Below are positions 9,699 to 19,372 of a stretch of DNA of 64,000 bases, in pieces. The DNA is taken from contig JAERST010000003.1 of assembly GCA_016845365.1 (NCBI GenBank), positions 8,961-72,960 on the forward strand, written 5' to 3'. The notes under the pieces are model-generated. The model was not told where the DNA came from and did not search any database. It saw only the letters and a list, made by a program, of their open reading frames with translations. Positions within the stretch are counted from its first letter, which is position 1. The number at the start of each line of letters is the position of its first letter. Source of the DNA: Methanobacteriota archaeon. GTDB lineage: Archaea; Thermoplasmatota; Poseidoniia; Poseidoniales; Thalassarchaeaceae. The translations under genes were made by a program, and so were the position numbers.

Positions 9699-10238
9699 CT
9701 ATCTGTTGCCCGGTTTCCAAAATTGCAAGGGCAAAGGATCCTCGCCCGACATCGCCCTGAAAGCCAGATGGTCCGCCCTCTCATTCCAGCGATGACCTCG
9801 GTGTGCACGAACGTGCTCACCGACCAATTCGCAGACTCCAGCAACCTCGCGCCAAAGTGACTGAACCCGCTCAGCCAAGGCGCGATTCTTCTTCGCCCGC
9901 CATTCACCAGAAGCAATATTCAGCGCGTATTGAGAATCGGCGCGAATCACAACTTTGCCCTCGCGCGCCGTCTCAAGCACCCACCGCAGAGCATGCGCAA
10001 TAGCACTCAGCTCTGCGGTATTATTCGAGCCGACCTCAGCCCCAATGAATCCGGCTCGCCCCGAGTCGGTAACCACAGGACCACTCGACTCGTGGACCAC
10101 ATCACCCCGTCCTCGTCCAAGCCCAGTATCCCCGACCACGACAGCGAAGCCCCACCCAGCAGGGGTTGCGGAGGTGACGTTTCGGTTCTCTTCACACGAG
10201 CCATCCACGTAGATGTGGACCGCCGACAAATCACTCAC
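9699..10238 (-). CDS. rnhA: Ribonuclease HI
   Basis: VHIYVDGSC, NNTAELSAIAHALRW, HVRAHRGHRWNERAD: type 1 RNase H catalytic DEDD context. Confidence 0.85.
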   Translation of the reverse strand: MSDLSAVHIYVDGSCEENRNVTSATPAGWGFAVVVGDTGLGRGRGDVVHESSGPVVTDSGRAGFIGAEVGSNNTAELSAIAHALRWVLETAREGKVVIRADSQYALNIASGEWRAKKNRALAERVQSLWREVAGVCELVGEHVRAHRGHRWNERADHLAFRAMSGEDPLPLQFWKPGNR

Positions 10239-10614
10239 CGATTAGGGCAGAATAAGCAGCGGCGTCCAACAAACCGTCCAACTGCGAAGCATCCCCAACC
10301 GACATCTTCCAAATCCATCCCTCACCGTAAGGGTCCTGATTGATCTGCTCGGGAGCGTCTTCCAGAGCCTCGTTGACCTCGGTAATTTCTCCGGCGATCG
10401 GAGCGTAAATCTCGCTCACCGATTTTACTGACTCAACGCTTCCACACGATTCCGTCTCAGCGACTGCAGCTCCTTCTTCGGGAAGTTCGACCCAAACCAC
10501 GTCCGTCAGGGCATCCTGTGCGAAATCCGTGACTCCAATGGTCGCTGAATCTCCTTCGATTCGAACCCATTCGTGTTCTGCCGTGTATCGTAGGTCAGAG
10601 GGCACCTCGCTCAT
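10231..10614 (-). CDS. gcvH: Glycine cleavage system H protein
   Basis: LRYTAEHEWVRIEG, ESVKSVSEIYAP (lipoyl-lysine motif). Likely ATG at 10614 (MSEVPSDL). Confidence 0.9.
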   Translation of the reverse strand: MSEVPSDLRYTAEHEWVRIEGDSATIGVTDFAQDALTDVVWVELPEEGAAVAETESCGSVESVKSVSEIYAPIAGEITEVNEALEDAPEQINQDPYGEGWIWKMSVGDASQLDGLLDAAAYSALIGE

Positions 10615-10737
10615 GTTATCGAGACTGCGAGGGTCGGGAGAGGGGTCAAGTTTTCGATGCAAGTTTTAGGCCAAAAGGCAGGAGAAATGCCTCACTCCTC
10701 TTCGCTGAGACGGCTCACCCTTCTTCGCTAGGACTGC

Positions 10738-11124
10738 TCACTCTTCTTCGCCGTAACGTTGCTCCAAGTCCTTCTTCTCGAGTTGCGCCCAACGCGAACT
10801 TAGACCTTCATCTCCTGATTCGAAGCGCTCTTCTTCGAGCCGGGCTCGCATAACTGGTTCCGGCTCGCGACTAAACCACCTATCGAGGCGCGCCTCGCCG
10901 TATTCCTTCGATTTCGCGAGGCGCAGAATTAGCAGGCCGAGAAGTGAGAGGATTACGATTGCAGGTAGGGCGAGCGCGTACTGGCTGGTGCTAGCACAAG
11001 CGCTTCCCGTGCAACCGATCAATTCGATGCGCCCTTCAGCGAGCGCGAGAGCTGTGAGGAAAGTTGCGGGGAGCGCGATGCCGATTAGCACGCGCTCGAG
11101 GCGGGCCGCGGGTGATTCCATCAA
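10738..11124 (-). CDS. Hypothetical membrane protein
   Basis: Two hydrophobic helices followed by a charged tail. No family recognised. Confidence 0.45.
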   Translation of the reverse strand: MMESPAARLERVLIGIALPATFLTALALAEGRIELIGCTGSACASTSQYALALPAIVILSLLGLLILRLAKSKEYGEARLDRWFSREPEPVMRARLEEERFESGDEGLSSRWAQLEKKDLEQRYGEEE

Positions 11125-11213
11125 GCGGCGTGAGCGGCCCCGAGTGGATGAATGCCTCGCATCCTCAATTCGTGTTGGAGAAGTTCCAACAAGGCTGGCC
11201 AGAGGGCTCAGCC

Positions 11214-11870
11214 TCAGTAGGTTTCACGAACCAATTTGTGAATCTTGTAAGGGAGCAGTGCCCTGTTTACTGGGGTTACTTCGAGGATGCGAGCATCATC
11301 GCGTCGGCGAATATCTTGCAGCAATGGATGCCGACTCTTCTTGTGTAGAGTCAATATCGTCGGCATGTCTTTTTCCAGAGCTTCGCGAACGATCTCGACG
11401 AAGGCTTCACTCTCCACAGAGTATTTTCCAATCTCGTCGACGACGAGAATCTCGCACTCATCCATCGTTCTCTGAATCGCAGCGACCCCGATTTCATCCA
11501 ATGCGGTGGGGTCGATGCCATAGCCGAGGATTCTCGTTCGCGAATCGATATCTCGATGTGCCATTACTGCAGACTCTTCTGTCACAATGTCCACACACTC
11601 GAATCCAACGCGTTGACCATCCTCGAGAATTGTTCGAGTTTTCATCCCGCCAACAATCGGCCGTCCTGCGGTTTCTTCATTGCGAGAACGCATCTCTTGA
11701 CGCCTCTCATCGATCAGCATACTGACGACTTTTTCGAGAACGGCGGACTTGCCCGAACGGGGCAGGCCGGTTATGCCGATTTTCGGATGAATTCCCAAGA
11801 TTATCACCTCAGACCCGTATGCTAAACGCGAAGGTACGCCTTGCTTACGTACTGTAGCCGTAATAATCAA
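11214..11870 (-). CDS. P-loop nucleoside-triphosphatase (THEP1/MJ1559-like)
   Basis: Walker A IGITGLPRSGKS and Walker B ILVVDEIG in a protein of about 190-218 aa. The true start is possibly downstream of 11870. Confidence 0.7.
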   Translation of the reverse strand: MIITATVRKQGVPSRLAYGSEVIILGIHPKIGITGLPRSGKSAVLEKVVSMLIDERRQEMRSRNEETAGRPIVGGMKTRTILEDGQRVGFECVDIVTEESAVMAHRDIDSRTRILGYGIDPTALDEIGVAAIQRTMDECEILVVDEIGKYSVESEAFVEIVREALEKDMPTILTLHKKSRHPLLQDIRRRDDARILEVTPVNRALLPYKIHKLVRETY

Positions 11871-12070
11871 TTTGGTCGAAACGCATCAAACGCTCCGTTC
11901 GACGGAAATTCATTTCCGGAGTACATACTCCTCTTTTCCGGTTCTCTGCCTCAATCCGAAAATCGAACGACATGAGTGACAACCCCTCACAATTTGGAGA
12001 AAAATGCAAGTTACACGACCACGAGGTCTCTGGGACTAAGTCGGAACAGACGTGACATCGAGGTTCGAAA

Positions 12071-14104
12071 TCAATTCTGCAGGCGAATGGTTGCCAAATT
12101 GGCCGGAGGTGGGAATGGTAGGTTCTCGATTTCGTAATTGTTGACGTTGTTATTCGCCGCCCAAGCTCTCGACCAAAGGTCGAGGGTATCCGAATTGAGA
12201 TGCTCTGCCAACCAAAGGAGGCCATCGTCGAGGGTTCCGTACTGTTCTGCCAAACTGTCGAGGACTGCCTCGGGCAATTCTAGGAAGTTGACAGAGTTGC
12301 CCAATACGCAGTCTGGTGGTACAACGACCCAGCGCAAGCGACGGTTCTGCTGGGCGTTGACGATTGCTTGGCAAGCGATTCTGCTAACTCCGCGCGGCTC
12401 GATAGGCCCCTTCCACAGAGCCTGCGCGCGCTCGAGAGAATCTTTTGGAATCTGAGGATTATATCCAGGGTGTCGGATCGATACCTTGCCATTTTCCAAG
12501 TTGAAGTGGATTCCACGAATGAACGGGGTGCCGCGAGAGCGAGGATTCCAGGCACGGATATCGGATGACCAAGTTGTTTGGTCAATCTCTCCGACACGAA
12601 CGCGGATTGGGTCGCCGCTCGGGTTGAGCCAATTGTGTTCCTCGGAAAGTCGAGGCAAGTCTGCGAGCTGCGAGATTGCGGAGAGGACTGAGCGGCGCTC
12701 GTGTTCTGCGCGTGGCATGCGCGGTACTGCCCAATTTGTATCGGTCCATACAGCCCACGCGCCGCGGTCGAGTACCATCTTCGGCGACTTCGGGTCAAGT
12801 CCGGATGAAGGCAAGATATCGCTGCTCTCGAGAGGCCCCCAACTGGTTAGTTCCGAGGTTTCTCCGCCAACGGTGATGCCGATGACAAGAACGCCTTGGG
12901 ATACTCCCGGGAAAACTCTCTGACTCTCAGGGAAGGACCAAGCCGAATCCCAATCATTGCGCTCGACGATAAGTTTGCGAAGAGGGATACTGCTCTTCTC
13001 GCGCAATAGCGAGTCGGGGACAATCATTCGAACTCGACCTCCCTCGCGGACGAGTTGCATCGAGCGCTCGAGGAAGAGGCGGTAGAGATTCACATTGCCG
13101 AGCAATGTGCTGAATCGTAGCCGACCATCATCTTCGGTGATACTGCGGAGTTCGCGTGAAAGTTCCTTGCGAAGGCGGCTGCCTTCTGGGTGGCCGCGGA
13201 ATCTGTCTTTGATTCGTAGCCAAGGTGGATTGCAGATTAGTAGGCGAGGCGCCTCATCCCACGGCCAGATACCTCGCAAGGCGTCCCCGTGCTGAACGCT
13301 GATCTCGAGCAGTTGCTCTGCGACTGCTCGTCCAATTCTCGCCTCATCTCCCTCTCCATCCAAATCGACCAATTCCGATTTGGCGAGAACCAAGAGAAGG
13401 CGTCGGCGAGTGCAGCGAACCGCGACTTCAGAGATATCGAGTAATTGCATGTTAGAGAGGAGTCTGATTGTATCCTCCTTGCGGTCGGAATCCGACATTC
13501 CATCGATTCGCTCTGAGTGGACCTTTAGCACCCGCTCAGGGAATAATCCTGCTCCAACAGCGGGGTCTGCGAAGGGAAGTGGAATGCCCGAGGCGGTCTT
13601 TTCTCCAGCCACTACCGCCTCGTCTAATTCATCATCATCTTGCTGAGAATTGGCTTCGTTCATCTGCGCAGCGAAGGCACGGAAGCCAGGTGGTAAAGCT
13701 GCCAGCGAGATGTTGGTAGGCATCTGTGCGGTTTCACCAGCGCCGCGAGCACCTAACTCGTCAGAGAGCATGGCATCCGCGAATCGAGCAGGAGTCGCAT
13801 AGGCGCCGCGAGGCGAGCGACCATCGATTTCAGCATCGTAGCGAGCGAGCATATGGTCGAGAACAGCGCTCGGATTGGAAAGAAGTCCAGCGGGCAGTGT
13901 TGGCCAATCGCTTGGCATGGTAGCAGCGATTGGAATATTGTGGCGAATCGATTCCTCCCAGGCATCTAGCCACGAGTCGAGTTGTTCGATTCTATTCTCG
14001 CACGACCTGTCCAGTCGCGCGTACCATCCCGAAGCGTCGCTGACCATGGTACCGACGCGACTGCCGACATGGGTCTCTTCTTTGAAGGGAACGGTTACTT
14101 CCAA
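12071..14104 (-). CDS. Gamma-class N6-adenine DNA methyltransferase with TaqI-like C-terminal target-recognition domain
   Basis: Motif X RGAYATPARFA, motif I FADPAVGAGLF, motif IV LICNPPW, C-terminal NYEIENLPFP. No nuclease motif seen. Confidence 0.85.
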   Translation of the reverse strand: MEVTVPFKEETHVGSRVGTMVSDASGWYARLDRSCENRIEQLDSWLDAWEESIRHNIPIAATMPSDWPTLPAGLLSNPSAVLDHMLARYDAEIDGRSPRGAYATPARFADAMLSDELGARGAGETAQMPTNISLAALPPGFRAFAAQMNEANSQQDDDELDEAVVAGEKTASGIPLPFADPAVGAGLFPERVLKVHSERIDGMSDSDRKEDTIRLLSNMQLLDISEVAVRCTRRRLLLVLAKSELVDLDGEGDEARIGRAVAEQLLEISVQHGDALRGIWPWDEAPRLLICNPPWLRIKDRFRGHPEGSRLRKELSRELRSITEDDGRLRFSTLLGNVNLYRLFLERSMQLVREGGRVRMIVPDSLLREKSSIPLRKLIVERNDWDSAWSFPESQRVFPGVSQGVLVIGITVGGETSELTSWGPLESSDILPSSGLDPKSPKMVLDRGAWAVWTDTNWAVPRMPRAEHERRSVLSAISQLADLPRLSEEHNWLNPSGDPIRVRVGEIDQTTWSSDIRAWNPRSRGTPFIRGIHFNLENGKVSIRHPGYNPQIPKDSLERAQALWKGPIEPRGVSRIACQAIVNAQQNRRLRWVVVPPDCVLGNSVNFLELPEAVLDSLAEQYGTLDDGLLWLAEHLNSDTLDLWSRAWAANNNVNNYEIENLPFPPPANLATIRLQN

Positions 14105-14124
14105 CCTCAGATTTTGAGGGAAAA

Positions 14125-14736
14125 TTAGGAATTCAAGCCGAATATATCCTGTTCCAATTCAATGATTAGACGGTGTTGCAATAGATGCGCAATCGCTTCA
14201 TCGACCTCATCGAGGGAGATGCCCATTGGGTTCAGTGCCTCGATGAGGTCGTCAAAGTGGACTGGTGAGGAGTCCTCGAGTGAGGAAACTTCGATGGTGC
14301 CGAGAATATGTTCGGCGACGATTGCAAGAAGCGGGTCGTCCTCAATTCCGAGGATGCCGCCGGAGACAACTGGCTCGTCGGCTTCGTCTACTTCCAGAGA
14401 CTCCGTTCGCGAGGGCTCCGGCCCTTCGAAGACATCGAAGAGATTCTTCTGCATCGGGTCATTCAGAAGGTTCTGGTCGACAACCTCGCGCTGTCGCTTC
14501 AAGCGCTTGACAAGAGTCTCGATTCGATGCAAGCGCTGTTCGAGGCGCATTTTCTCTCGACCAAGATGCGCCTCGACGAGTTCCAACTCCTCCTCGGCCC
14601 TCTCATCCAACCAGCGCGCCAAATCCCAAGATGGGTCGAGACGCAACATCGTCTCCCAAAGGCGCGCGACCGAATCCGGCAAGGACTTCACGTCGATGCG
14701 AGGAAATTCGTTGCCGTCCTCCCCCGAGCGGTCCAT
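14125..14736 (-). CDS. Hypothetical acidic coiled-coil protein with C-terminal winged-helix-like segment
   Basis: 203 aa, directly upstream of and co-oriented with the methyltransferase (20 nt gap). Heptad-like EELELVEAHLGREKMRLEQRLHRIETLVKRLKRQ. C-terminal FDDLIEAL...VDEAIAHLLQHRLIIEL. Confidence 0.55.
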   Translation of the reverse strand: MDRSGEDGNEFPRIDVKSLPDSVARLWETMLRLDPSWDLARWLDERAEEELELVEAHLGREKMRLEQRLHRIETLVKRLKRQREVVDQNLLNDPMQKNLFDVFEGPEPSRTESLEVDEADEPVVSGGILGIEDDPLLAIVAEHILGTIEVSSLEDSSPVHFDDLIEALNPMGISLDEVDEAIAHLLQHRLIIELEQDIFGLNS

Positions 14737-14856
14737 GAGTCTCTTGTTCGCGGTGGCCGTCTATCAAATATCGCCTGCGAAGGAATCGCTTCTTGCCCTC
14801 GATCAACAAACAATCTGCTCTCTCAGGCCGAAGGAATGGATGGGTCGGATTGATGA

Positions 14857-16071
14857 ATGATGAGCAGGTGCCGCGACTCGATGACAGCGTATCGACTCGC
14901 GGTGTTGCCCGGCGATGGAACCGGCCCAGAGGTCATCGCGGAGGCCTTGCGAGTTCTCGCAGTCTTCGAGGAAAACGCTCCAGTATCCTTCGATATCACA
15001 GAAATTCCATGCGGCGGCCAATATTACCTCGAAACTGGTGAGGAGTGGCCAGCCGGCTCCTTCGAGCACTGCCGAGATAATTCAGACGCAATCCTCCTCG
15101 GCGCCATAGGCTGGCCCGACGCCCGCCTTCCAAATGGAGACCTCGCGGGCGGCCAAACAATCCTTGGACTACGCAGCGGACTCAAGCTATTCGCTAACGT
15201 CCGCCCGGTCAAACTCTACCCTGGTGTGCAGCACAAGGTGCACGGAGTTCACCAACAAGTCTGGCAACCAGACCTAGTTGACATGGTGATGATTCGTGAG
15301 AACACAGAGGGTCTCTATCACTCCCTTCTTCGCAGGATGGAACAGAAGGCGAAGGGAGACAAGGACGAGCCCATCGTCATCGACGAATTCCCTGGGCTCG
15401 ATGGCGAGGTCGCTTGGGATCCGCGCCCGATTTCACGCAAGGGAAGCGAGCGGGTAATCAAGTTCGCATTCGACCTCGCCCGCCATCGCCAGCGAAAGTT
15501 GGGCGTTCCGCAGACGGTGACTTGTGTGGATAAGTCGAACGTGACGCGGGGGTGCAGATTGTTCCGCAGCATCTTCCAAGAAATCGCTGAAGAGAACCCG
15601 GGAATCGACACACACGAAGCCTATATCGACGCTTTCACAATGTGGTTGATGAGGGACCCAGAAGACCTCGATGTCGTCGTTCTACCGAATATGTTCGGTG
15701 ATATCGCGACCGACCTGGCCAGCGTCCTACAGGGCGGAATGGGGATGGCTGCAAGCGCAAACCTCGGTCCGAATCACATGCTTTTCGAGCCGGTCCACGG
15801 CTCGTCTCCAAAGTATGCTGGATTGAATGTGGTGAATCCGATCGCTACTTTGCAATCGGTTCAGATGATGTTCGAGGCCCTTGCTTACCGCCGTGAAGAC
15901 GAGGACCTCGATATGTGTGCTGATATTCTTCAGACTGCGATTCAGCAGCACTTCGAAGAGGGTGGAATTGTGACTTACGACCTCGGTGGAAGTGCTAGTA
16001 CGAGCGAGGTCGGGCAAGCTATCGCTGACCGATGCGAGAAGTTGCTTCGCGAGCAATTCGCGACTGCCTAA
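14857..16071 (+). CDS. Isocitrate/isopropylmalate/tartrate dehydrogenase family enzyme
   Basis: YRLAVLPGDGTGPEV, MIRENTEGLY, NMFGDIATDLAS, PVHGSSPKYAG. The start may be the ATG at 14881. Confidence 0.85.
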   Translation: MMSRCRDSMTAYRLAVLPGDGTGPEVIAEALRVLAVFEENAPVSFDITEIPCGGQYYLETGEEWPAGSFEHCRDNSDAILLGAIGWPDARLPNGDLAGGQTILGLRSGLKLFANVRPVKLYPGVQHKVHGVHQQVWQPDLVDMVMIRENTEGLYHSLLRRMEQKAKGDKDEPIVIDEFPGLDGEVAWDPRPISRKGSERVIKFAFDLARHRQRKLGVPQTVTCVDKSNVTRGCRLFRSIFQEIAEENPGIDTHEAYIDAFTMWLMRDPEDLDVVVLPNMFGDIATDLASVLQGGMGMAASANLGPNHMLFEPVHGSSPKYAGLNVVNPIATLQSVQMMFEALAYRREDEDLDMCADILQTAIQQHFEEGGIVTYDLGGSASTSEVGQAIADRCEKLLREQFATA

Positions 16072-16108
16072 TCGTCTGGGCACTTCGGCTTGTTCGCTTC
16101 GTCGCGAA

Positions 16109-16894
16109 TCAGATTCGGTTCGACGCTTCAGCCATGATGTCGAGTGCATCGCGTAGAGTTGCATCGTTGTCCCACTGAGTTGGACTTGGATTGTCGAGGA
16201 GGGCTTTGCAGAGTTTCTTCATCGCTCGGCTGACCTCGTCGACGATTGTCACATTGGCCATCCTCGCGGTTCTTGAGAGTGGATTAAGGTCGACGACGAG
16301 GACTTGCTTTCCAAGGGCGATGAGCGCCTCGCATCTATCGCCGTCCTCGAGTGGGACTAGCACGGCGTCAGCGGCTTCGATGCCACGCGAACTGCATTGG
16401 GAGCGAGGCCCTTCGAGGCCTGCGATACGGCCGTCGGCATCTGCTCCAAGGATCTCGACGGCCATCACAGCATCGGGCCACTGCGAGCCAGTCCATGCGT
16501 CTGGAGCAGGCTCGCTGGAAACCTCGTCGCGCATCTCGGTCAATGTCGAAATCAACTTACTCATTCTCTCGGAAGTTCGATAGTAGATATTGACTTCAAC
16601 CGGGCATCCGAGTATTGCCGCAGCCCGAATCGCATCTTTTCCTGCGAGCACGGTGGTATTGCCGTTCAAGGAAATCACCGGGCGCTCCGCAGCGAGCAGG
16701 CGAGCAGCACTTTCGTGAATCGCCGCGAGTGCCGAATCGCTCGTCATCTCACCGAGGAGATAGTCGAAGGCCTCACCTCGGCCATGGGCAATCATTGCAG
16801 ATTCGGCGAGCAAGCCCTCAGCGGCAGCTTCAGTCAGCCTCGCTCGCGCCAGCAGCGAGGGCTTCCGAGGGTGTGAGTCAGGAATCTCTCCCAA
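16109..16894 (-). CDS. Archaeal 4-phosphopantoate--beta-alanine ligase (phosphopantothenate synthetase)
   Basis: HPRKPSLLARARLTEA...IAHGRGEAFDYLLGE matches the archaeal PPS (COG1701) signature as I recall it. Confidence 0.8.
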   Translation of the reverse strand: MGEIPDSHPRKPSLLARARLTEAAAEGLLAESAMIAHGRGEAFDYLLGEMTSDSALAAIHESAARLLAAERPVISLNGNTTVLAGKDAIRAAAILGCPVEVNIYYRTSERMSKLISTLTEMRDEVSSEPAPDAWTGSQWPDAVMAVEILGADADGRIAGLEGPRSQCSSRGIEAADAVLVPLEDGDRCEALIALGKQVLVVDLNPLSRTARMANVTIVDEVSRAMKKLCKALLDNPSPTQWDNDATLRDALDIMAEASNRI

Positions 16895-17899
16895 TCACTC
16901 ACCACCCTCAATTCTCATCGATAAATCGAGCGGGGCAACCCCTCTATTCAGAGCGCTAGTCGAGACCAAATCAACCCCGCTCGCCACCCAATTCTCAAGG
17001 TCGGCACGGCTGACCCCGCCCGACCCTTCGAGGATACACCAGGCTCGCAGTCCATCGACTACGAGCCGTTCATGGGCCGCAGCACAAGCCTGCGGCCCCA
17101 TATTATCGAGCAGCAACACCAGCCTCTCAGAACCGCCGCGCTCGACTTGAGCCTCAGCCCAAACACCAGCAGCAGCAAGCGCCTGAGCAGAATCGCGAAC
17201 CTCCACCACTGTGAAGGTTGCATGAACGTCCATGTCGACACCAGCAACAGCCAGCGCGACTGCGCTCGCCTCATCCTCAGCTTCAGGCGCGAGCGCTGCC
17301 AAATCATTCTCCTTAATCATCAAAGCATCAGCCCGCGAAAGCCGATGCGTCAAACCTCCGCCAATGTGCACAGCCCATTTGTCGAGCAGGCCCCACTCAG
17401 TCTTGCGAGTGCAGGCCACACCCATCGAGCCAGCAGAGCCTACCCAGTCCGCGGTGTAGGTTGCAATCCCGGACATCCGCCCGAGTAAATTGAGCAGAAT
17501 ACGCTCGCATCGCAAAACCTGACCAGCAGGTCCGGATAGAGCCAAAACCGCATCACCAGAAGCCACTTGCCCTCCTTCGGAAGCCTTCCAATCAATCTCA
17601 CAATCAGCAAAATGACGCTCGACGAGACGGTCGCAAACAGCACAACCGGCAATCAAACCGGCAGCCTTGGCGCGCACTCGCCCGCGAACGAATTCGGATT
17701 CCGCGCGCCCCCCGGCAACACCAGAGCCGCCACCGTGCTCGCCAACAGCATCAGCACCGCCGCCCTGCTCGTCGGCAACCATCGCATCCACCCAACGGTC
17801 GATCGAATCGAGAAACAACTCACTCGCCCCGCCGCCATCAGACGCCGATTCGTCGCCCTCCCGGAGGAGGTGAGACCGGTCGTGGGGTAGAGTTCTCAC
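16895..17899 (-). CDS. nadC: Nicotinate-nucleotide (quinolinate) pyrophosphorylase
   Basis: CTRKTEWGLLDKWAVHIGGGLTHRLSRADALMIKEND core motif. Abuts the preceding gene with no gap. About 50 aa Gly/Asp-rich N-terminal extension. Confidence 0.8.
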   Translation of the reverse strand: MRTLPHDRSHLLREGDESASDGGGASELFLDSIDRWVDAMVADEQGGGADAVGEHGGGSGVAGGRAESEFVRGRVRAKAAGLIAGCAVCDRLVERHFADCEIDWKASEGGQVASGDAVLALSGPAGQVLRCERILLNLLGRMSGIATYTADWVGSAGSMGVACTRKTEWGLLDKWAVHIGGGLTHRLSRADALMIKENDLAALAPEAEDEASAVALAVAGVDMDVHATFTVVEVRDSAQALAAAGVWAEAQVERGGSERLVLLLDNMGPQACAAAHERLVVDGLRAWCILEGSGGVSRADLENWVASGVDLVSTSALNRGVAPLDLSMRIEGGE

Positions 17900-17962
17900 G
17901 TTTTGGTCGGGTTATCGCTCAGCCTTGAATGGTCCGAAACGCAGGCCCGGAGAAGAAACCTC

Positions 17963-19009
17963 ATGCGCCATCCGCCGAAACGCCCTCAGGTGCGAGTCGC
18001 GGTCATCGGGGGTGGAATCGCTGGGTTGTCAGCGGCCGTTCAATTGGCTACGGATGGGGCCGCTGTCACCTTGTTTGAGTCGGGGGAGACTCTTGGGGGT
18101 CGAGTTCGTTTGCAAGATTCTGGGGATTGGGTACTCGACCCTGGATTGCATTTGATGCGCCGGCGCGGTCCGTTTCAGCAGTTATTGCGCCGGCTTGGCG
18201 CGCCGCGGGTTTTGGGGAAGCGCTGGGACGCGGCGCGCCTTTTTCCAATCGGTACAGACTCTACGCGCGCGCGAGAAGTAATCTCCAGCATGCGCCTTTC
18301 TGGGGACGGCGAAGAGAGGTCAATTCTGCCTGCTGGAGGTTGGTCGAGTATCGTGGACCGATTGATTCTGGGCGCGCGTGAACTCGGTGTGGAGGTGGTC
18401 GTTGGACGAGATGTTGAAGCTGTTCTTCTGAATGGTGAGAATAGGGTACGTGCAGTGAGTGTAGAAGGCGAGGAGTTCGCTTGTGACGCTGTGGTTCTCG
18501 CCGTTCCACCAAAGGTGGCGACGTCTCTTCTAGCGAGAACCAATCTGACGACAGTGGCCCTCGATGGCTGTACCGAGCACCGAGTCTCTGCCATCGATGC
18601 GGCCCTCATCGGCAAACCGATGGGGCCGTATTCTGGATATTGGGACGAGGACTCAGGAGTCCTCGTCATCGATGCGACGCAGCCCGATCGATTGGGCGAG
18701 CGGGGCAGCGTCGAGGATTGTACAATTCTGCATGCAGTCTGCTTGAAAACCGATGGCGAGGAAGGCTTGAATTCGATCAAGACCTTCCTCGATTCGCGCT
18801 GCTCAGGATGGAGAAATATGGTCGCAGCGCGCCGTTCTTCAGCCTCGATAATGCTGCACCCTTGCCGCGAGGAAGAACGCGTTGACGGCGAGCTCTACCT
18901 ACAGAATCGCATAGCGCTCGCCGGAACTCATGTAGCGAATTCGCACCAACTTTCAGATGCCGCCGTGGATAGTGGACGCAAGGCGGCAAAGGCCCTCATG
19001 CGTGACTGA
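17963..19009 (+). CDS. FAD-dependent oxidoreductase (amine oxidase/phytoene desaturase-like)
   Basis: Rossmann dinucleotide motif VAVIGGGIAGLSAAVQLATDGAAVTLFESGETLGGR. ATG at 17963. Confidence 0.7.
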   Translation: MRHPPKRPQVRVAVIGGGIAGLSAAVQLATDGAAVTLFESGETLGGRVRLQDSGDWVLDPGLHLMRRRGPFQQLLRRLGAPRVLGKRWDAARLFPIGTDSTRAREVISSMRLSGDGEERSILPAGGWSSIVDRLILGARELGVEVVVGRDVEAVLLNGENRVRAVSVEGEEFACDAVVLAVPPKVATSLLARTNLTTVALDGCTEHRVSAIDAALIGKPMGPYSGYWDEDSGVLVIDATQPDRLGERGSVEDCTILHAVCLKTDGEEGLNSIKTFLDSRCSGWRNMVAARRSSASIMLHPCREEERVDGELYLQNRIALAGTHVANSHQLSDAAVDSGRKAAKALMRD

Positions 19010-19241
19010 CCGAATCGTACTCAGCCTCAGCCGCGCCCAATCGCGCCAACAAACCATCAACGATGGCGCGAACCTCTCTCAGATCATCTCCAGCGACGAG
19101 AATCCGCAATCCAGCCTCACCCTCGTCGCAGCCGATTACCAATTCGATTTCGGCCGAGTCTTCACCCTCAATCGCGGCCAGCAGAGCCTCGGCCTTGGCG
19201 AGGTCTCCAACCCAAACCATCTCGGTCTCGACCTCGGTCAT
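18996..19241 (-). CDS. Small acidic protein, possibly Pcc1-like (KEOPS subunit)
   Basis: 81 aa with proteome-typical acidic composition. LRILVAGDDLREVRAIVDGLLARL resembles the Pcc1 pattern (l.i.i.A.D..alRa.vns.lr.l). Based on recollection only. Confidence 0.35.
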   Translation of the reverse strand: MTEVETEMVWVGDLAKAEALLAAIEGEDSAEIELVIGCDEGEAGLRILVAGDDLREVRAIVDGLLARLGAAEAEYDSVSHA

Positions 19242-19372
19242 GTCTTGCGCACCCCCTATCGAATCATGAGCGCTACGGTCGGCTCAGGACGAGCGCCGAG
19301 CCCGCGACGGCGGTTCAGCACTGAGCGCGCAGCGGCGGTTCAGCCCCGAGCACGCAACAACGGCGTGGCCAC

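Noticed and set aside
11214-14736. The idea that the NTPase, methyltransferase and acidic protein form a BREX/DISARM-like or complete R-M defence locus.
   Set aside because: No PglZ, helicase, phospholipase D-like, nuclease or specificity subunit is present. The NTPase matches a conserved housekeeping archaeal family (THEP1-like) and is separated from the methyltransferase by a 200-nt spacer with its own promoter-like region.
14851-14885. tgatgaatgatgag, resembling a C-box (RUGAUGA) of a C/D box sRNA, upstream of the dehydrogenase gene.
   Set aside because: No matching D box (CUGA) or terminal stem lies at the right distance. The ATGs are more simply alternative start codons or 5' leader of the dehydrogenase ORF.
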